Under the pieces are notes generated by a model. The model saw only the letters and a list, made by a program, of their open reading frames with translations. It did no database searches and was not told the DNA's origin. 64,000 nucleotides of DNA from Octopus vulgaris (lineage: Eukaryota): contig OX597818.1 of assembly GCA_951406725.2 (NCBI GenBank), forward strand, positions 95,294,001 to 95,358,000, read 5' to 3'. The position numbers and the translations under genes were made by a program. Shown piece after piece: positions 23,171-37,222 of the stretch; within the stretch, counting starts at the first letter, position 1, and the number at the start of each line of letters is the position of its first letter.

Positions 23171-23929
23171 GGAAAATTGGTAGCACTATTATTTAAGATC
23201 TATTAATCTGATAACTAATTCTTCCGTTAGCAGCCTATTACTATTCTTGATAACAATGTTGTACATATTAGTTCAGTACATTGTATCTATGCACATTTTA
23301 TCTTTTATTAGTTTTACCAACTCTGGAATCTGTTATGCTGGATTATAGATTCATATTTTACTGGTTCTCAGCAGAATTTTATACCAATGTCAACTGTTGT
23401 GTTGTGTGAACCCTTTCTACACATTAAGAAGACATTTTATATTTAATGTATTTCCAATATTTATCAAGTCTATACATGAATTGTTTATTAAATAATTCAT
23501 AGCTACCTCTCTCTCTCATAATAAACAGTATGCTAGTAACTTGTTTGTATGTTTAATTTTTAGAGCATCAAAAAACCTAACAGCCAACTGACCTAGTGTT
23601 TTTATTGTAGGTGAAGTCTCTGAATTATTTCATTAGTAAACAATTCTATTTTCTCCATTAACCCTTTGTTACAATATTTCCATTGAAATACACTGCTTTT
23701 GTGTTGATTGATTTTTAAAATAATGAAAAATTTATTTATATTAACTTCATAATTATTAAGCTGGTGAGGGTGGTGAGCTGACAGAATCATCAATGCAGTC
23801 AAACAAAATGTTTAGTGGCATTTCTTCTGGCCCTATACATTCTGATTTCAAATTCCATCCAGGTCAGTTTTGCCTTTCATCTTTTTGGGGTTGATAAAAT
23901 AAGTACCAGTTAAGTACTGGCATTAATAT

Positions 23930-24347
23930 ATATTTCTTTATTGCCCACAGAGGACTAAACCTAGAGGGGACTAACAAGGACAGACAAAGGGAGCAAGTCA
24001 ATTACATCGACCCAGTGTGTAACTGGTACTTATTTAATCGACCCCAAAAGGATGAAAGGCAAAGACGACCCCAGCAGTATTTGAACTCAGAATGTAATAG
24101 CAGACGAAATACCTATTTCTTTACTACCCACAAGGGGCTAAACACAGAGGGGACGAACAAGGACAGACAAAACGGATTAAATCGATTATATCGACCCCAG
24201 TGCGTAACTGGTACTTATTTAATCGACCCCGAAAGGATGAAAGGCAAAGTTGACCTTGGCGGTATTTGAACTCAGAACGTACCGGCAGATGAAATACTGC
24301 TAAGCATTTCGCCCAGCATCCTAACAATTCTGCCAGCTCGCTGCCCT
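23930..24347 (-). mobile_element. two tandem SINE family B copies nested in an older plus-strand B-type SINE (23770-24420)
   Basis: tatttctttattgcccac.. repeated at 23931 and 24114. Confidence 0.8.
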
Positions 24348-24719
24348 ATACTGACATTAATATAACCAACTAACCCCTCTCCTCAAAATTGCTGGCTTTG
24401 TGCCAAAATTAGATAGAATTATTAAGCTACTGTTGGAACATAAATTAACATGAAATTTTAAGGGAAAGTTTTAAAATCTAGATCATATAAAAATGAAAAT
24501 GTATGAATCATGCAACTCAAAGCTGTCTGAGGCAGGTTGTTATCAAAAGAGTTGATGTGTACTTTTGTATATTTACAAAGTAATCCATTCACAACCTTTT
24601 TAGCAGCCACATAGAAACTGCACTTCATTAAAGGTGTCAGAAAAGAAGGGAGAAATATATCCACAGTATTTTGGATCATTTTCACTTGCTGCATTGAGAG
24701 GAAGGATTAGTGCCCATGG

Positions 24720-25430
24720 TTTTTTGAAGACCCTCCAAGACTGATGAAATGATTGATGTCATTAATGCTCCTCTTGAACCTCCATAAGTTAATGCCTGAG
24801 ATAAAGACATGAGCAGAGAAGGGACTCTAGAGTGTCAATATCCTGGGATTAGTGATTAGTGTGAAGGTTGAACTCAACAAGGATGATGAGAGGAGGAGAG
24901 GTGAGTGGAATAAAAATTCCTGAGTAGAGGTAAAATGAGCTCAACCAGGGGGAAAGATTGCAAGTGGAAGCAGTGAATGTATGAGATAGAGTCTAAAGCA
25001 TGTACGTGAGTGATTTCATGCCAATCAACTGGGTGGCCCTTCTTTAGATGCAGTCTACAAAGTTTGGATGCAGCAATACCAGCACCATTCCAGGTGTGAG
25101 AACAATGATGTATTGTGGACCTTATCTGAGCTTTGAATAATATCAATAATTGTGACTGTCTATCGTCTAACCCTGAAGAGAAAAGCCTGTTGTTGAGATG
25201 CAATCCTTGCTAACATACTTGCTAAAGATGAACTTCTGCCAGGAGAGATCCTTGGTCATAGTGAGACCCAACAATTAAGGCAATTGTTGGGGCTCTACTT
25301 GAATGTTGTTCATGATCAAGACAGATTATGGTACTCTGATGTTTTTACTTGATATGAGTTGCATTTATATTTTGTTGTTGAAGGAGACGAGATTAGCATA
25401 TCCCTATTGGTAGATCCTTTCATGATCCTT
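24720..25430 (-). mobile_element. degenerate CR1/L2-group LINE remnant
   Basis: LILFKAQIRSTIHHCSHTWNGA resembles LYKAQIRP.LEYCSH.W.GA. Confidence 0.6.
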
Positions 25431-26039
25431 GTTCAGTATATGTTCATGAGAAGATAACATTAGTCAACTAATATTATTCTTATTCTCACCCCATATCTAT
25501 TTTTAGTTTAGATATTTAATGCTCCATGAATTAAATATGTTGACACCTTTTTCTCTATTCTTTAAATGTTTTGTTACCTTTGACTCATCAACCTATTTTA
25601 ATAATTATAATGACAGATTCATTAGAGCAATGGACAAAATGCCGTGCAGTGTATAGTTACTGTTTTCTTATGACTCTTAAGTCAAATCCCATTGAAATCA
25701 ACTTTACTTACCATCCTCTTAGGTTGTCGTAAAACACTGAGCCAAATTTATCTACTGTACCATTCCTAAAATTGACTCCCTTGTGCCAGTGTTAGAAATC
25801 AATAAGTATCAATTTTAATCAATTCTAGTTTGTCTCTATCTGTTAACTTGTTGCAAAAAAAAATTAAAATAAAAAAAGAAATACGGGGCTGCTGTCTTAT
25901 TAGCTTGTATCCCTTCCCTAAATGAGTCATTTATGTAAGTATTGTGTCTTCTTAAAGAATACTCATTGGAATATAACATGTAGTCATTTTTGAGTTTCAC
26001 TCTCTCCCATTATCTGATAGATACATACTACCATGCACA

Positions 26040-26365
<326 letters not shown>

Positions 26366-26874
26366 ACTCAACAGAAGGCAAATCAAGCTTGTTGGCCTAT
26401 CTTTCTTTATATCTGTAACTATATTTTATGATTGTTATTTTTATTGATGCTGTTTAGTATAGCTCTTGCTATTGCTATGTAACCATACATAACATACAGC
26501 AATAAAGACATCACTTTCTACAACAATGACTATAATTTTGAATGAAAGGAAAAGGGTGACACAGTATTTGTCTACTTGTTAGTCTATGTATATGCATATA
26601 GCAATATGTATTTTTATGTGCACATGCATATAAATCTCTTGTTAGTTTGTGTATTATTATAATATCGAATGAATATTTATATTAACATTGCTATGTGTAC
26701 ATATATACATTAGTATGTGTATTAACAATCTATAATACTATAGATAATAGTAAATTTACTAACTTTCATGCTGACACTAGTTATTGTTCCTCTCTGTGTA
26801 TAGGAATGCTTGCAGGTGTCTGTATGCAATGGATGTGTGTGTATCTTTATGTTTGTGTTAGTGTTACATGTCAA

Positions 26875-26925
<51 letters not shown>

Positions 26926-27089
26926 CTTTATATTTGTTATGTATGACTTTTTTATTGCATTGTTTTGTGAGGTGTGTCTGTGTGTACATAACTCTGTCTT
27001 TATGAATGTGCATGGCAGTGATATATGGGTTTTTATTTGATTTAACTTAAATATGATGTTGTGTGTGTATGTATGTATGTATGTACGTA

Positions 27090-27478
27090 TGTCGTTATTC
27101 AGTTTTATTTCAAGATTTCTTGCCAATAGAAAAAGAGCCGGTTTCTAACCTAGATCCAAAATTCCTTCATTGGAATTTCAACATCAGCAACTGGGTATTT
27201 TTGTTAGTTTGTATGTGTGTATGTGTGTATGTATGTATGTATGTATGTATGTATGTATGTATGTATGTATGTATGTATGTATGTATGTATGTATGTATGT
27301 ATGTATGTATGTATGTATGTATGTATGTATGCACATGTGTGTGTGTGTGTGTATGTAGATATGCAGATTTGTATGTTTTGTTTTATGTATGTATTCTCAT
27401 GCATATAGTTGCATATCTAATCATGCTCATGTATATTTAAATGATAAACTTCTGGAATGTTTTACAGATTTTTACAGT
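27090..27478. repeat. interspersed repeat with internal (TATG)n expansion; second copy at 29290-29528
   Basis: ttattcagttttatttcaagatttcttg..ccggtttctaac..taaatgataaacttctggaa shared by both copies. Confidence 0.7.
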
Positions 27479-28380
27479 TGGAGTTTTGTGATGAGAAAGA
27501 GTTTTGTGTGGCAAACACGTGGTTTAGAAAAACAGACAAAAGGAAGGTGACTTTCAGTGCAGGAGGGAATGAGACAGAAATTGACTTTGTGTTGGTTGGC
27601 AGGAAAAACAGAAAGTATCTGAGAGATGTGAAGACAATATCAGGGGTGTTGCAGCACAGGTTGGTGGTTGCTGACTTGGATAGGAGGAAAATTAAAAAGT
27701 GTGTGAGAAAGGGAAAGGTTGAGTGGAAAAAATTGTGGAAACTGAAGGAAGAAGAAACAAGAGCAAGATTTGAGGACTTGGTAAGCATTGATGCACCAGA
27801 TTTGTGGAAGTCTTTTAAAGAAGGGGTACTAGGTACTGTGATAAAGTATGTGGAAGGACGAAAGGTAGGAGAGATCGAGGAGATACGTGGTGGTGGAAGG
27901 AGGAGGTGAGGGATGCTGCAATACTGTATGGGAGTGAGACATAGTGTCTGAGGGAGAGAGAGATGGTAATTTTGAGAAGGACTGAGAGAGCTATGGTGAG
28001 AGAAATGTTTGGGGTGAAGCTGTTTGATAAGAGGAGGACTGAGGATTTGAGAGGAATGCTGGGATTGGAGGAATCAGTGGAATGGTTGGCAATGGCGAAT
28101 GGAGTGAGGTGGTATGGGCATGTGTTGAGGAGGGATGAAGAGCATGTTCTGAGGAGGGTGATTGCATTTAAGGTAAATGGAGCGCAAAAGCAAGGTAGAC
28201 CAAGGAAAAGGTGGAGGGGACAGGTGGAGGAGGAGATTGGGAGGGTTGGTTTAAAAAAGGAGGTGGCCCAAAACCAGGCGAGATGGCATAAGGGTAGTTG
28301 CTATGACATTGAGGTAGATCTGGCCACCCCCTTTAATGGGGACAAAACCCAGATTTAAAACACTGGATGATGATGATGAG
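27478..28380 (+). mobile_element. RTE LINE with RT core deleted
   Basis: APE C-terminus (VANTWFRK..TEIDFVLV..QHRLVV) joined near 27910 to post-RT AILYGSET..RWYGHVLRR..GRPRKRW; (GAT)n tail. Confidence 0.9.
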
Positions 28381-29249
28381 TGATGGATTAGATCTGTAGT
28401 CTTCAAATTAGCTTTCTCCTTTCTAGTTTTGAGAAACATAATATCTCAAGATTGGTATTTACGCAGTGTGTTACATATCTCAGGGCCCCAATAATGTATG
28501 TATGTATATATCAGGTCACCCTTATGTCCTACTGGTAACATGTAACCCAGTACAACCTATTACATGGTCGGGGCATTGACAACTAAACTGGCAACCCCAC
28601 CATGCTTACTTGGTGAGGAGGGTGACTATTGGACACCCTGCGGAATAAAATCAAGACCCATCAAAGGGTAGACGAACTCAGAAAAGTCAGCAGCCATCCA
28701 ATAAAGTATGTAAAGTTGTGTGTACGTTTGTGTGTATTTTTTTAATGAATTTTTATAAATAATTTTATATGTATTATGTGTATGGCAACTTTTTCTCTTT
28801 TTTTTGTATACATCTATATATTTTTTATACTTTTATTTGCATTATGTATATATGTACTTATATTTTTTTATCTTGTTCAGTGTGTATGATGGTGTGTATT
28901 CATTATTATTAACTTTATGGCTGTTAATGTGTGTGCATGTAAAACTCCTACAATGGGTGGATATTAGCTCTTTACTTGGATGACAAGCTATCTAGGAGAA
29001 AGATACCCCAAAATTAAACCTGCAGTCTCAAAGAGCATCCATTGATGAAGATCTATTCCTCTTTATGGGTTATGCTTTTGGTAATTAGAGAGAGAGTGGG
29101 ATTGGGTGAGTGCAAGCTCTCTCCTCACTTTAAAAAGTTTCTGAAATGGTTATTGCTTGAGCAAATTTTGCTGAATTTACATGAGCTCAATGAATGAGGC
29201 TGATCGTAGCCTGAAAAAAAGGCTTAAATACAATTATGAGATCCATATA

Positions 29250-29286
<37 letters not shown>

Positions 29287-29592
29287 GTATGACATTATTC
29301 AATTTTATTTCAAGATTTCTTGTCAATAAAGATCCGGTTTCTAACTTAGATCCAAGGCTCCTTCACTGGGATTTCAACAACATCCACCGGGTACTTTTGT
29401 ATTGTATATGTGCAGATTTGTATGTTTTATTTCATGTATGTATTTTCATGCACGTGGTTGCATTTCTAGACATGCTCATATATACTTAAATGATAAACTT
29501 CTGGAAAGTTTAATAGATTTTTACAGTTTCATATATGTATGTATGCATGTATGTACATACATATGTATGTATTGTTGAGAGTCTTGACTGAG

Positions 29593-29660
29593 TTGAATGA
29601 CTAGGTGCGATATTTGAATGACTATGCGTGATACTTGAATGAGTAGGTGTGATCTTTGAA
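29593..29660. repeat. 21-bp tandem repeat x3 (ttgaatgactaggtgcgata-like)
   Basis: Direct inspection. Confidence 0.7.
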
Positions 29661-29832
29661 AGGCAAGGAAAGATCACGCTGGCTTACCATCAACTGTAGT
29701 CTAGAATGCCTAGCTTTCACGTGGATTACACTGCTGTAGATAAAGTTATTGAAGGGTGAAGGATGTCTCATCTGTGTAAGAGTATATTTGTGTTTAGAAG
29801 TAACTACACTAAAAAAATGTTTGTCTATGTGT

Positions 29833-30008
29833 ATGTGTGGTAAGAAGCTTGCTTCCTAACCACATGGTTCCAGGTTCAGTCTCACTGCATGGCACCTTGG
29901 GCAAGTATTTCCTACTATAACCTTGGGCCAACCAAAGCCTTGTGAGTGGATTTGGTAGATGGAAACTGAAAGAAGCCTGTTGTGTATATATATATTTATA
30001 TATATATA

Positions 30009-30051
<43 letters not shown>

Positions 30052-30276
30052 GTGAATGTTTCTTTGTGTCTATTTTTATCCCTCCATCACTGCTTGACAA
30101 ATGGTGTATTTACATCCCTGTAACTTAGTGGTTTGGAAAAAGAGACTGATAGAATAAGTACTAGGCTTTAAAAAATAAGTCCTGCGGTCGATTTGTTTGA
30201 CTAAACCCTCCAAGGCAATGCTCCAGCATGGCTACAGTTATATGACTAAAACAAGTAAAAGAATAAAAGAATAAAA
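29833..30276 (+). mobile_element. SINE family A
   Basis: Head, (TG)n and tail as in other copies. Confidence 0.85.
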
Positions 30277-30349
30277 GGAGTGGTTTGAGGGGACAGAACC
30301 AAATCCTGCTGCACAGTGGAAATAACAGAATGTGGATTAGAGAAGTTCC

Positions 30350-31000
30350 ATTGATCCATGTTGTAATGCATTGCCTATCCATAACATGAGACATGGATAG
30401 ATAATTGACAATTATTCCAGAAGGTTCTCATGTCATGGTTATAGGTTTTGATGATTTCAATAGCAACTACTAAAATTCTTAACAGTGGGAGACCAAAGAT
30501 TTTTAATGTATGAAAGCAAGTTTCCAGTAGATCTGGATCTATGAAAGCTGTATAACTTATGATTTGTATACTTTATTTTTCAACCTTCTTTCCCTGGTGA
30601 CTGTAGGGGTCTATCTTTTTTCCTTTCTAATTAAAACTGTTGCTTTTGCTCTGTTTACTTTTGAGGTTTTATTTCCATGTTTGGAATTTTTTCTCTAAAT
30701 CTTCAACAGATTCAGCTATGAGAAATAAGCCATCAATACACATGGGTTCCCACAGGCAGCCAGTTTTAAAGTCCTTTCTGTTATGGCCTGGTGAACTATA
30801 TAAAAAATTATTTGAGGGAGCTGAGAACCATGCCCTAATGAACACCTACCTACACATTAAAATTGTCAATGAACTCATTGGCAACTCTGGCTCTACTGAT
30901 TGCATCCCTGTGTGTTACTTGCACAACTCTCATTCATCTACACTACTTTCTCAAAGACATGAAGTCAGGAAAACACTTTAGTCTTATCTAGGACATGGTT
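30350..31000 (-). mobile_element. degenerate RTE RT remnant
   Basis: Minus strand RVANEFIDNFNV*VGVH*GMVLS resembles F.V.VGVHQGSVLSP. Confidence 0.6.
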
Positions 31001-31327
31001 ACCTCTCTAATGCTTTACATTCTGTAAAGTGTTGTGTCAAGCAGACCCTTTAAGTTTCTTGAAGACATGATAACTTCTTTAGAGTTGGTGTCATAAAAAA
31101 TGCACCCACTAAACTCTGTTAAAATGGTTGAAGTTCAAAATGATACTCAGTCATAGAAACTAAGCCCCAATATGGAAAGTACCAGCAAAGTACAATTCTT
31201 TGACTTGTCCAGGTGAGCAATACCTCTGAATAAGTACTGAATTGGACTGTGTGTCTAACCCATGCCAGTATGTAAAAAGCGGATGTAAAATGATGACAAA
31301 GACTGTGACAGTGTGTTTTTTATTTTT

Positions 31328-31698
31328 TGGTAGCACTCCGTCGGTTAGGACGACGAGGGTTCCAGTTGATCCGATCATTGGAACAACCTGCTCGTGAAAT
31401 TAACGTGCAAATGGCTGAGCACTCCACAGATACACATACCCTTAACGTAGTTCTCGGGGAGATTCAGCATGACACAGAGTGTGACAAGGCTGGCCCTTTG
31501 AAATACAGGTACAACAGAAACAGGAAGATGGAGTGAGAGAAAGTTATGGTGAAAGAGTACAGCAGGGTTCGCCACCATCCCCTGCCAGAGCCTCGTGGAG
31601 CTTTAAGTGTTTTTGCTCAATAAACACTCACAACACCTGGTCTGGGAATCGAAACCGCAAGTCCGCTACCCTAACCACTGGGCTATTGCACCTCCACT
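31328..31698 (-). mobile_element. tRNA-derived SINE family E, full length
   Basis: Minus head tagcccagtggttaggg..ggtttcgattcc; T-rich run at the left is the A-rich tail. Confidence 0.85.
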
Positions 31699-31949
31699 GT
31701 GACAATGTAGTAACAGCATATATATACACATATGCATATATCAGATATGGGAGTGTCTTTAAGGTGTTAGTTGCTAAGAGAGCATACCACGATAGGCTTC
31801 ATGTCATGGAAAGCGTTGATAGAAGGAGGGTTGGTGTGCGAGTGAGAGAGGGAGGAAGAGATAGCAATGTATATCCGAGAATCCAAAACTCATTGAAAAA
31901 TATTTATGCTTTCCTAGCATGCAGCAATAATTGATTAGCAACTATAGTA

Positions 31950-32430
31950 ATTCTTTCTACTATAGGCACAAGGCCTGAAAATTTGGTTTGAAAGGGATAG
32001 TCAATTACATTGACCCCAGTGCTTGACTTGTTCTTTTATAATTGACCCTGTAAGGATAAAAGATAAAATTGACCTCAGCAGAATTTGAGCTCAACAGAAT
32101 TTGAGCTCAGATAGGCGGTAAGCTGGCAGAAACATTAGCATGCTGGGCAAAATGCCTAGCGGTATTTCATCTGCCATTTCGTTCTGAGTTCAAATTCCGC
32201 CAAGGTCGACTTTGCCTTTCATCCTTTTGGGGTCGATAAATTAAGTATCAGTTACACACTGAGGTCGATGTAATCGACATAATCCCTTTGTCTGTCCTTG
32301 TTTGTCCCCTCTATGTTTAGCCCCTTGTGGGCAATAAAGAAGTAAGAATTTGAGCTTGGATTGTAAAATCAGAAGAAATGCCATTAACCGTTTTGTTCAG
32401 CATGCTACTGATTCTGCAAGCCCACTGCCC
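31950..32430. mobile_element. SINE family B (+, 32113-32345) inserted into an older minus-strand B-type SINE
   Basis: agaatttgagct repeated at the insertion flanks; host halves at 31950-32110 and 32345-32430. Confidence 0.75.
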
Positions 32431-33504
32431 TATTAGTAGCAATAATTATATTAATTTGAAATAACAATTTGTGAATACATCTAGCTTATCTTATTTTTTG
32501 GTTGTCTCGGTTCTAAATGTATTAAAAACCAGGTGTCTATATACTTAAATACTTGCTTTGTTAGCTTACTCTCATTTGTATATATTAATGTATGAAGATT
32601 AGGCTATAAAAGTGTAGATTCTAAAATGTGTGTTGCTCACTCTCTCTTTCTCGTTCTGACATAGATATTTGTGTGTATTGATACACACACACATATATGC
32701 ACACATACAATCGCACACAAATACACACAACCATGCCCAAATACATACACATTTATACAATACACAGACACACAGGCATACACACACACATACACAGACA
32801 CATTCATGCGTACATAGACATGTACTCATGCATACACTGACACACACTCATGCATACACACGCACACACGCACACACACACACACACACACACATACACA
32901 CACACAGAGGAGAATCTTCCAAATCATGGAATTCTATGTTCCTGAGCTCCTTGCTATTTTGGTAAAGATTTCCATATTATAATTTGAGATGTGTTTTGAT
33001 GGAATTTTTAGGAATAAAAGTAATTTATCTACTTTTATATAAATATAAATTATTAAATACATAGAGAACAGTATGTCTACAAAAAAAACATTTGAATGAT
33101 TTTTATCACAATTAGGATTTTTTTATTAGCAAAGACTTGCGAAGCTTCCTCTGTAAGAGTCAACCTTTTAACTATATTCTATACATTCAGTATCATATGC
33201 TCCTCATTTGACAAACCTTCTCTATGGAACACTATCAGTCAACCACATAATCTTCTTTCACTTTTTCAAAGCCTACAACATTTGCCAGTGTCAGTCGTTT
33301 GCTGAACATCTATGAAGTCATGAATAGAGTTTAGTTTATATGTCTTACCAAATACCATTCATAATTTATGGTTTCACTTCATTCTACAACTTCATTATCT
33401 TCTTCCGAGCATCCATAATGTTAAACTTTTACTGAGAGTCTCTAAACTAAATGCTTCCCCTTGCTCTCACCATCAATTGCTTACTCTCTTTTTTCTTTTA
33501 CACC

Positions 33505-33874
33505 TTTTTAATTGCTTCAGTCATTTGACTGCAGCCATGCTGGAGCACCACCTTTAGTCGAGCAAATCGACCCCAGGACTTATTCTTTGTAAGCCTAGTA
33601 CTTATTCTATTGGTCTCTTTTGCCAAACCGCTAAGTTACGGGGATGTAAACACACCAGCATCAGTTGTCAAATGATGTTGGGGGGGGACAAACACAGACA
33701 CACAAACATATACACACACATATATACGACAGGCTTCTTTCAGTTTCTGTCTACCAAATCCACTCATAAGGCTTTGGTCAGCCCAAGACACTTGCCCATG
33801 GTGCCACACAGTGGGACTGAACCTGGAACCATGTGGTTGGTAAGCAAGCTACTACCACACAGCCACTCCTGTGC
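33505..33874 (-). mobile_element. SINE family A
   Basis: Reverse complement of a near full-length copy. Confidence 0.85.
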
Positions 33875-33900
33875 ATTGGATAATATGCTTTGTAATTAGT

Positions 33901-34283
33901 TACTAGCAGTATCGCCCGGCGTTGCTCAGGTTTGTAAGGGAAATAACTATAAAGCATTTTTAGAGAGTTATAGCCAAAAAATAGCAAAAAAATGGGAAAA
34001 AAATGATGGTAAATTTTTGAGAGTTAAAAAAGGTGGAGTTGCTTCCCCTAGACGGTCTGTGGTTTGGGTTTCTGATTCTCGACCCCATGTCGAATTTATC
34101 GATTTTTTTCAGAACTGGGGGAACTTTTCAAAATTTTCGCTGCGTTAGTTTTGAATTATGACATTGGGCTATGTGTGTGTCAAGTTTCATCAGAATCGGT
34201 TGAAAGCCGTGGTCAGAGTGAGGGTACGAGAAAACAGACACACAGAAAACGCACAGACAAACTGCCGTTTATATAGAGAGAGT
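33901..34283 (+). mobile_element. non-autonomous Helitron/Helentron-type element (HINE/DINE-like)
   Basis: Starts tactagcagtatcgcccggcgttgc; contains caagtttcatcagaatcggttga; ends acagacaaactgccgtttatatagagag. Confidence 0.65.
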
Positions 34284-35181
34284 TATAACAGTTTGATCCA
34301 TTCATTAGAGCATAGAAGCTGTGTTCTTGAGAAAATATTCCATTCTCATGTTATTAGAAATTAGAAGATTAATGTTTTCTGTGTTTTTACAAATACTAAC
34401 AGCAATAATTACATACCAAGAGTGACATACTGCTGCAATTTGCAACAAATTAACTGATATAGCAATCTGTGGCTAGCTGATCACAACTGAAAAGTAATTG
34501 TACTATATTCATGGCAATGAAATTTCCTGTTTTAATCAGTTGGATGTGGAAATGAGAATGGAGACATCATACAGCTGTCACAACATTTTGTGATTGCCAT
34601 CAGAAACTGCTTTTATATAGGGCACAATGAGAAAGTTCTGGAAAATTAAATCATGCAATGGCTTAACACTGATTGGTTGCTTAAAAAACTGATCACATGA
34701 AACTACTGTAGTTTGATCGTGATGTCTGCTCAGCTACCTCACAATACGGTTTTGAATCATTCTCATGTTATTAGAAGAATTACTTAAATTCACTGGGTGA
34801 CTTGCCACATTGACTAAAAGAGAGTATACATAATTGGAAACATTTTGTCTGGCATTGTTCCATTCTACGACATGGTAAAAATAGTTTATAAGCCAGTCTT
34901 AGAAATGGATGATAATCATCCATATGTTCATATTTGAATGTCAAATCACAGAGACATTAAATTGAGTGTAGACTTTGAAAGTCTTTGAATTTTGGAAGTG
35001 ACTCACATGTAGGGGCTTTAATTTCATATCGCCAGCAGCATTTATGCCCTCAAGAAGCTTTAGAAGATTTCTTTTTAGAAATTTTAAAGCATGCTACTGA
35101 TTTCACCTTATTAGAAATAAAAGTCCTTGTCAGTATGTGTGCCAAGAAATGCTCAGTTGCATTAACATTGTACACTTGTTC

Positions 35182-35412
35182 TTATTTCTTTATTGCCCAC
35201 AAGGGGCTAAACATAGAGGGGACAAACAAGGACAGACAAATGGATTAAGTTGATTACATCGACCCCAGTGCGCGACTGGTACTTAATTTATCGACCCCGA
35301 AAGGATGAAAAGCAAAGTCGACCTCGGCGGAATTTGAACTCAGAATGTAGCAGCAGACGAAATACCACTAAGCATTTCGCCCGGCGTGCTAACGTTTCTG
35401 CCAGCTCACCGC
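35182..35412 (-). mobile_element. SINE family B (young, CpG-rich)
   Basis: Full body; cagttgcattaa repeated on both sides. Confidence 0.85.
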
Positions 35413-36249
35413 CAGTTGCATTAATATTGTACAATTGTTCTGGTGTACAGTTTTCCTTAGCAATCATCCGGATAATTAGTAGTAGCCTCTGTATCAGCTC
35501 TAGTAAATACCATATTGTGCAAATTAAAGCATTTTTAAACCTTTCAAACTAGCTTTTAATCTCCAGAAAATGTTTCACTGACCACTTTTAATCACCAAAA
35601 GTTTCACTGACCACTTGCTGCTAATCTTGATACCAAGTTTTTAACTTAAACATGAATGACCAATAAAATCATTGGCATGTTACACCCAATGTACTCCTTA
35701 ATCCACACACTTGGGTGGGGCAGGCATTTCATTTTGTATGTCACTTCAAATCTCTGGTAAAGACAATGTCTCAATTGTTAACAGAGTAGCTATTTAAGCA
35801 CTTGACCTTGATCATCATTCATTGTTCTTACTGTAAGAGTCGCAAATGTCATGAGTGAGGTTGTTGTATTGTTGTGGTAGTCATGGTAGCTACTGTTGTT
35901 GTTTCTGGTGATTGAAAATGTATTTCTTGTGTTGCATGGAAAAGTAACTAACAACACTCGTGAACAATTAACAGAAGATTTATTGCTGCACATAATGCTT
36001 TCTGAGTTGGTCTTTTACAAAGACTAACAGCAATAATTACATACCAAGGAGGGACATACTGTATGACTTAAGACAAGTTAACTGATATAGCAATTTGTGG
36101 TTGGCCCACTTTATTATTGTATTGTGGTTCCAACCTGGGCCACAGCAACAAAGTCGACTCACCACACTTCTCAGTCCATCATCTCTGCCTCAGGGTCCTG
36201 GATATATACCAGGCCAGTGTCTGCAATAAAGTTGTCAATGTATGTGTGA

Positions 36250-36505
36250 CAATGTGAAGTATATTTGCCACTTAAATGTGGCTAACCACTAAGGGTGGAT
36301 GCTACTGTAGCTTGTAGCCCCAGGAGAACATCTTCTCCAGCTGGCTATTGATACACTTTCTGTGCCCTATCAGTATTTGCAAAGGGAAGCCATCCTTCCC
36401 ATCATCGACCTGACGTGATACACACGGACCCAAGTTTCTGGGTATTTACCCATCATCAGCGCACGACAATCACCGGTCTTCTATACGAAGGGGTCCCAAT
36501 GCAAA
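36250..36505 (-). mobile_element. hammerhead-bearing PLE-like element (family of the 46355 palindrome and 56604)
   Basis: gtatatttgcca..ggctaaccactaagggtgg..gtagccccaggagaacatc shared. Confidence 0.75.
36422..36464 (-). ncRNA. type I hammerhead ribozyme motif, canonical
   Basis: Minus strand gtgcg CTGATGA tgggt aaat accca GAAA c ttgg g TC cgtgt: perfect stem II, GUC triplet. Confidence 0.8.
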
Positions 36506-37010
36506 CACATATATTTATTATGTGTGACAATGTTTTCCTCTTCTTATATCACCATTAAGTGGGTTCCACAAGACTAATTTGGATGTTTCCAGTCCAAGGT
36601 AGTCCACACAATAACCAGATAGTCACAGCTGGCTTTGCTTGATCTTTTCACTAACTTTCAGCAGGTCTCCACAAAGGCATTCATTTGTCATACGCTGCTG
36701 CAATGTCACATTTAGAGTTCAGGTATCAATAACAGGTGGAACAAAAGTTTTAATCAACTGTGGTCAAATAATTAACAGAGGCAACTCTATCATGTAATTT
36801 CACAGCTGATGAATGTTGTTGGTGAGATTGTGTTACTAAGTAGTTGTAGCCAATATCATTTGGCAGGTTGTGTAAATGCTGAACTATACAATAATTCTAC
36901 TAGGGAGTAAACTAGGCTTTCCTTAACAGTGGTGTGTAAACCTAGTGACACAACTGGCAGGGCTTCAAACCATCTATCTGAATCAGAATGTGCTCATAAA
37001 GCTGCTTTAA

Positions 37011-37222
37011 CCCTTTTGTTACTGTATTTACTTTGAAATGCTGTGTTTCTTTCAATTACTTTAAATATAACAAAGAATATAGTAAAATTACTTAGTTATC
37101 ATTCAGCTAGTGTTAGGAACATAAATTGTGACTAAGGTTTGGTGGAAAATTCAAAACTTATGAAAACAAGACATTTGTGCTCAGAGCCAGAGCTGGTTTC
37201 TGCCAGGTTGGTAACAAAAGGG
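37011..37222. mobile_element. piggyBac-type MITE (212 bp)
   Basis: TTAA-cccttttgttac ... gtaacaaaaggg-TTAA: 12-bp perfect TIR with TTAA TSD. Confidence 0.85.
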
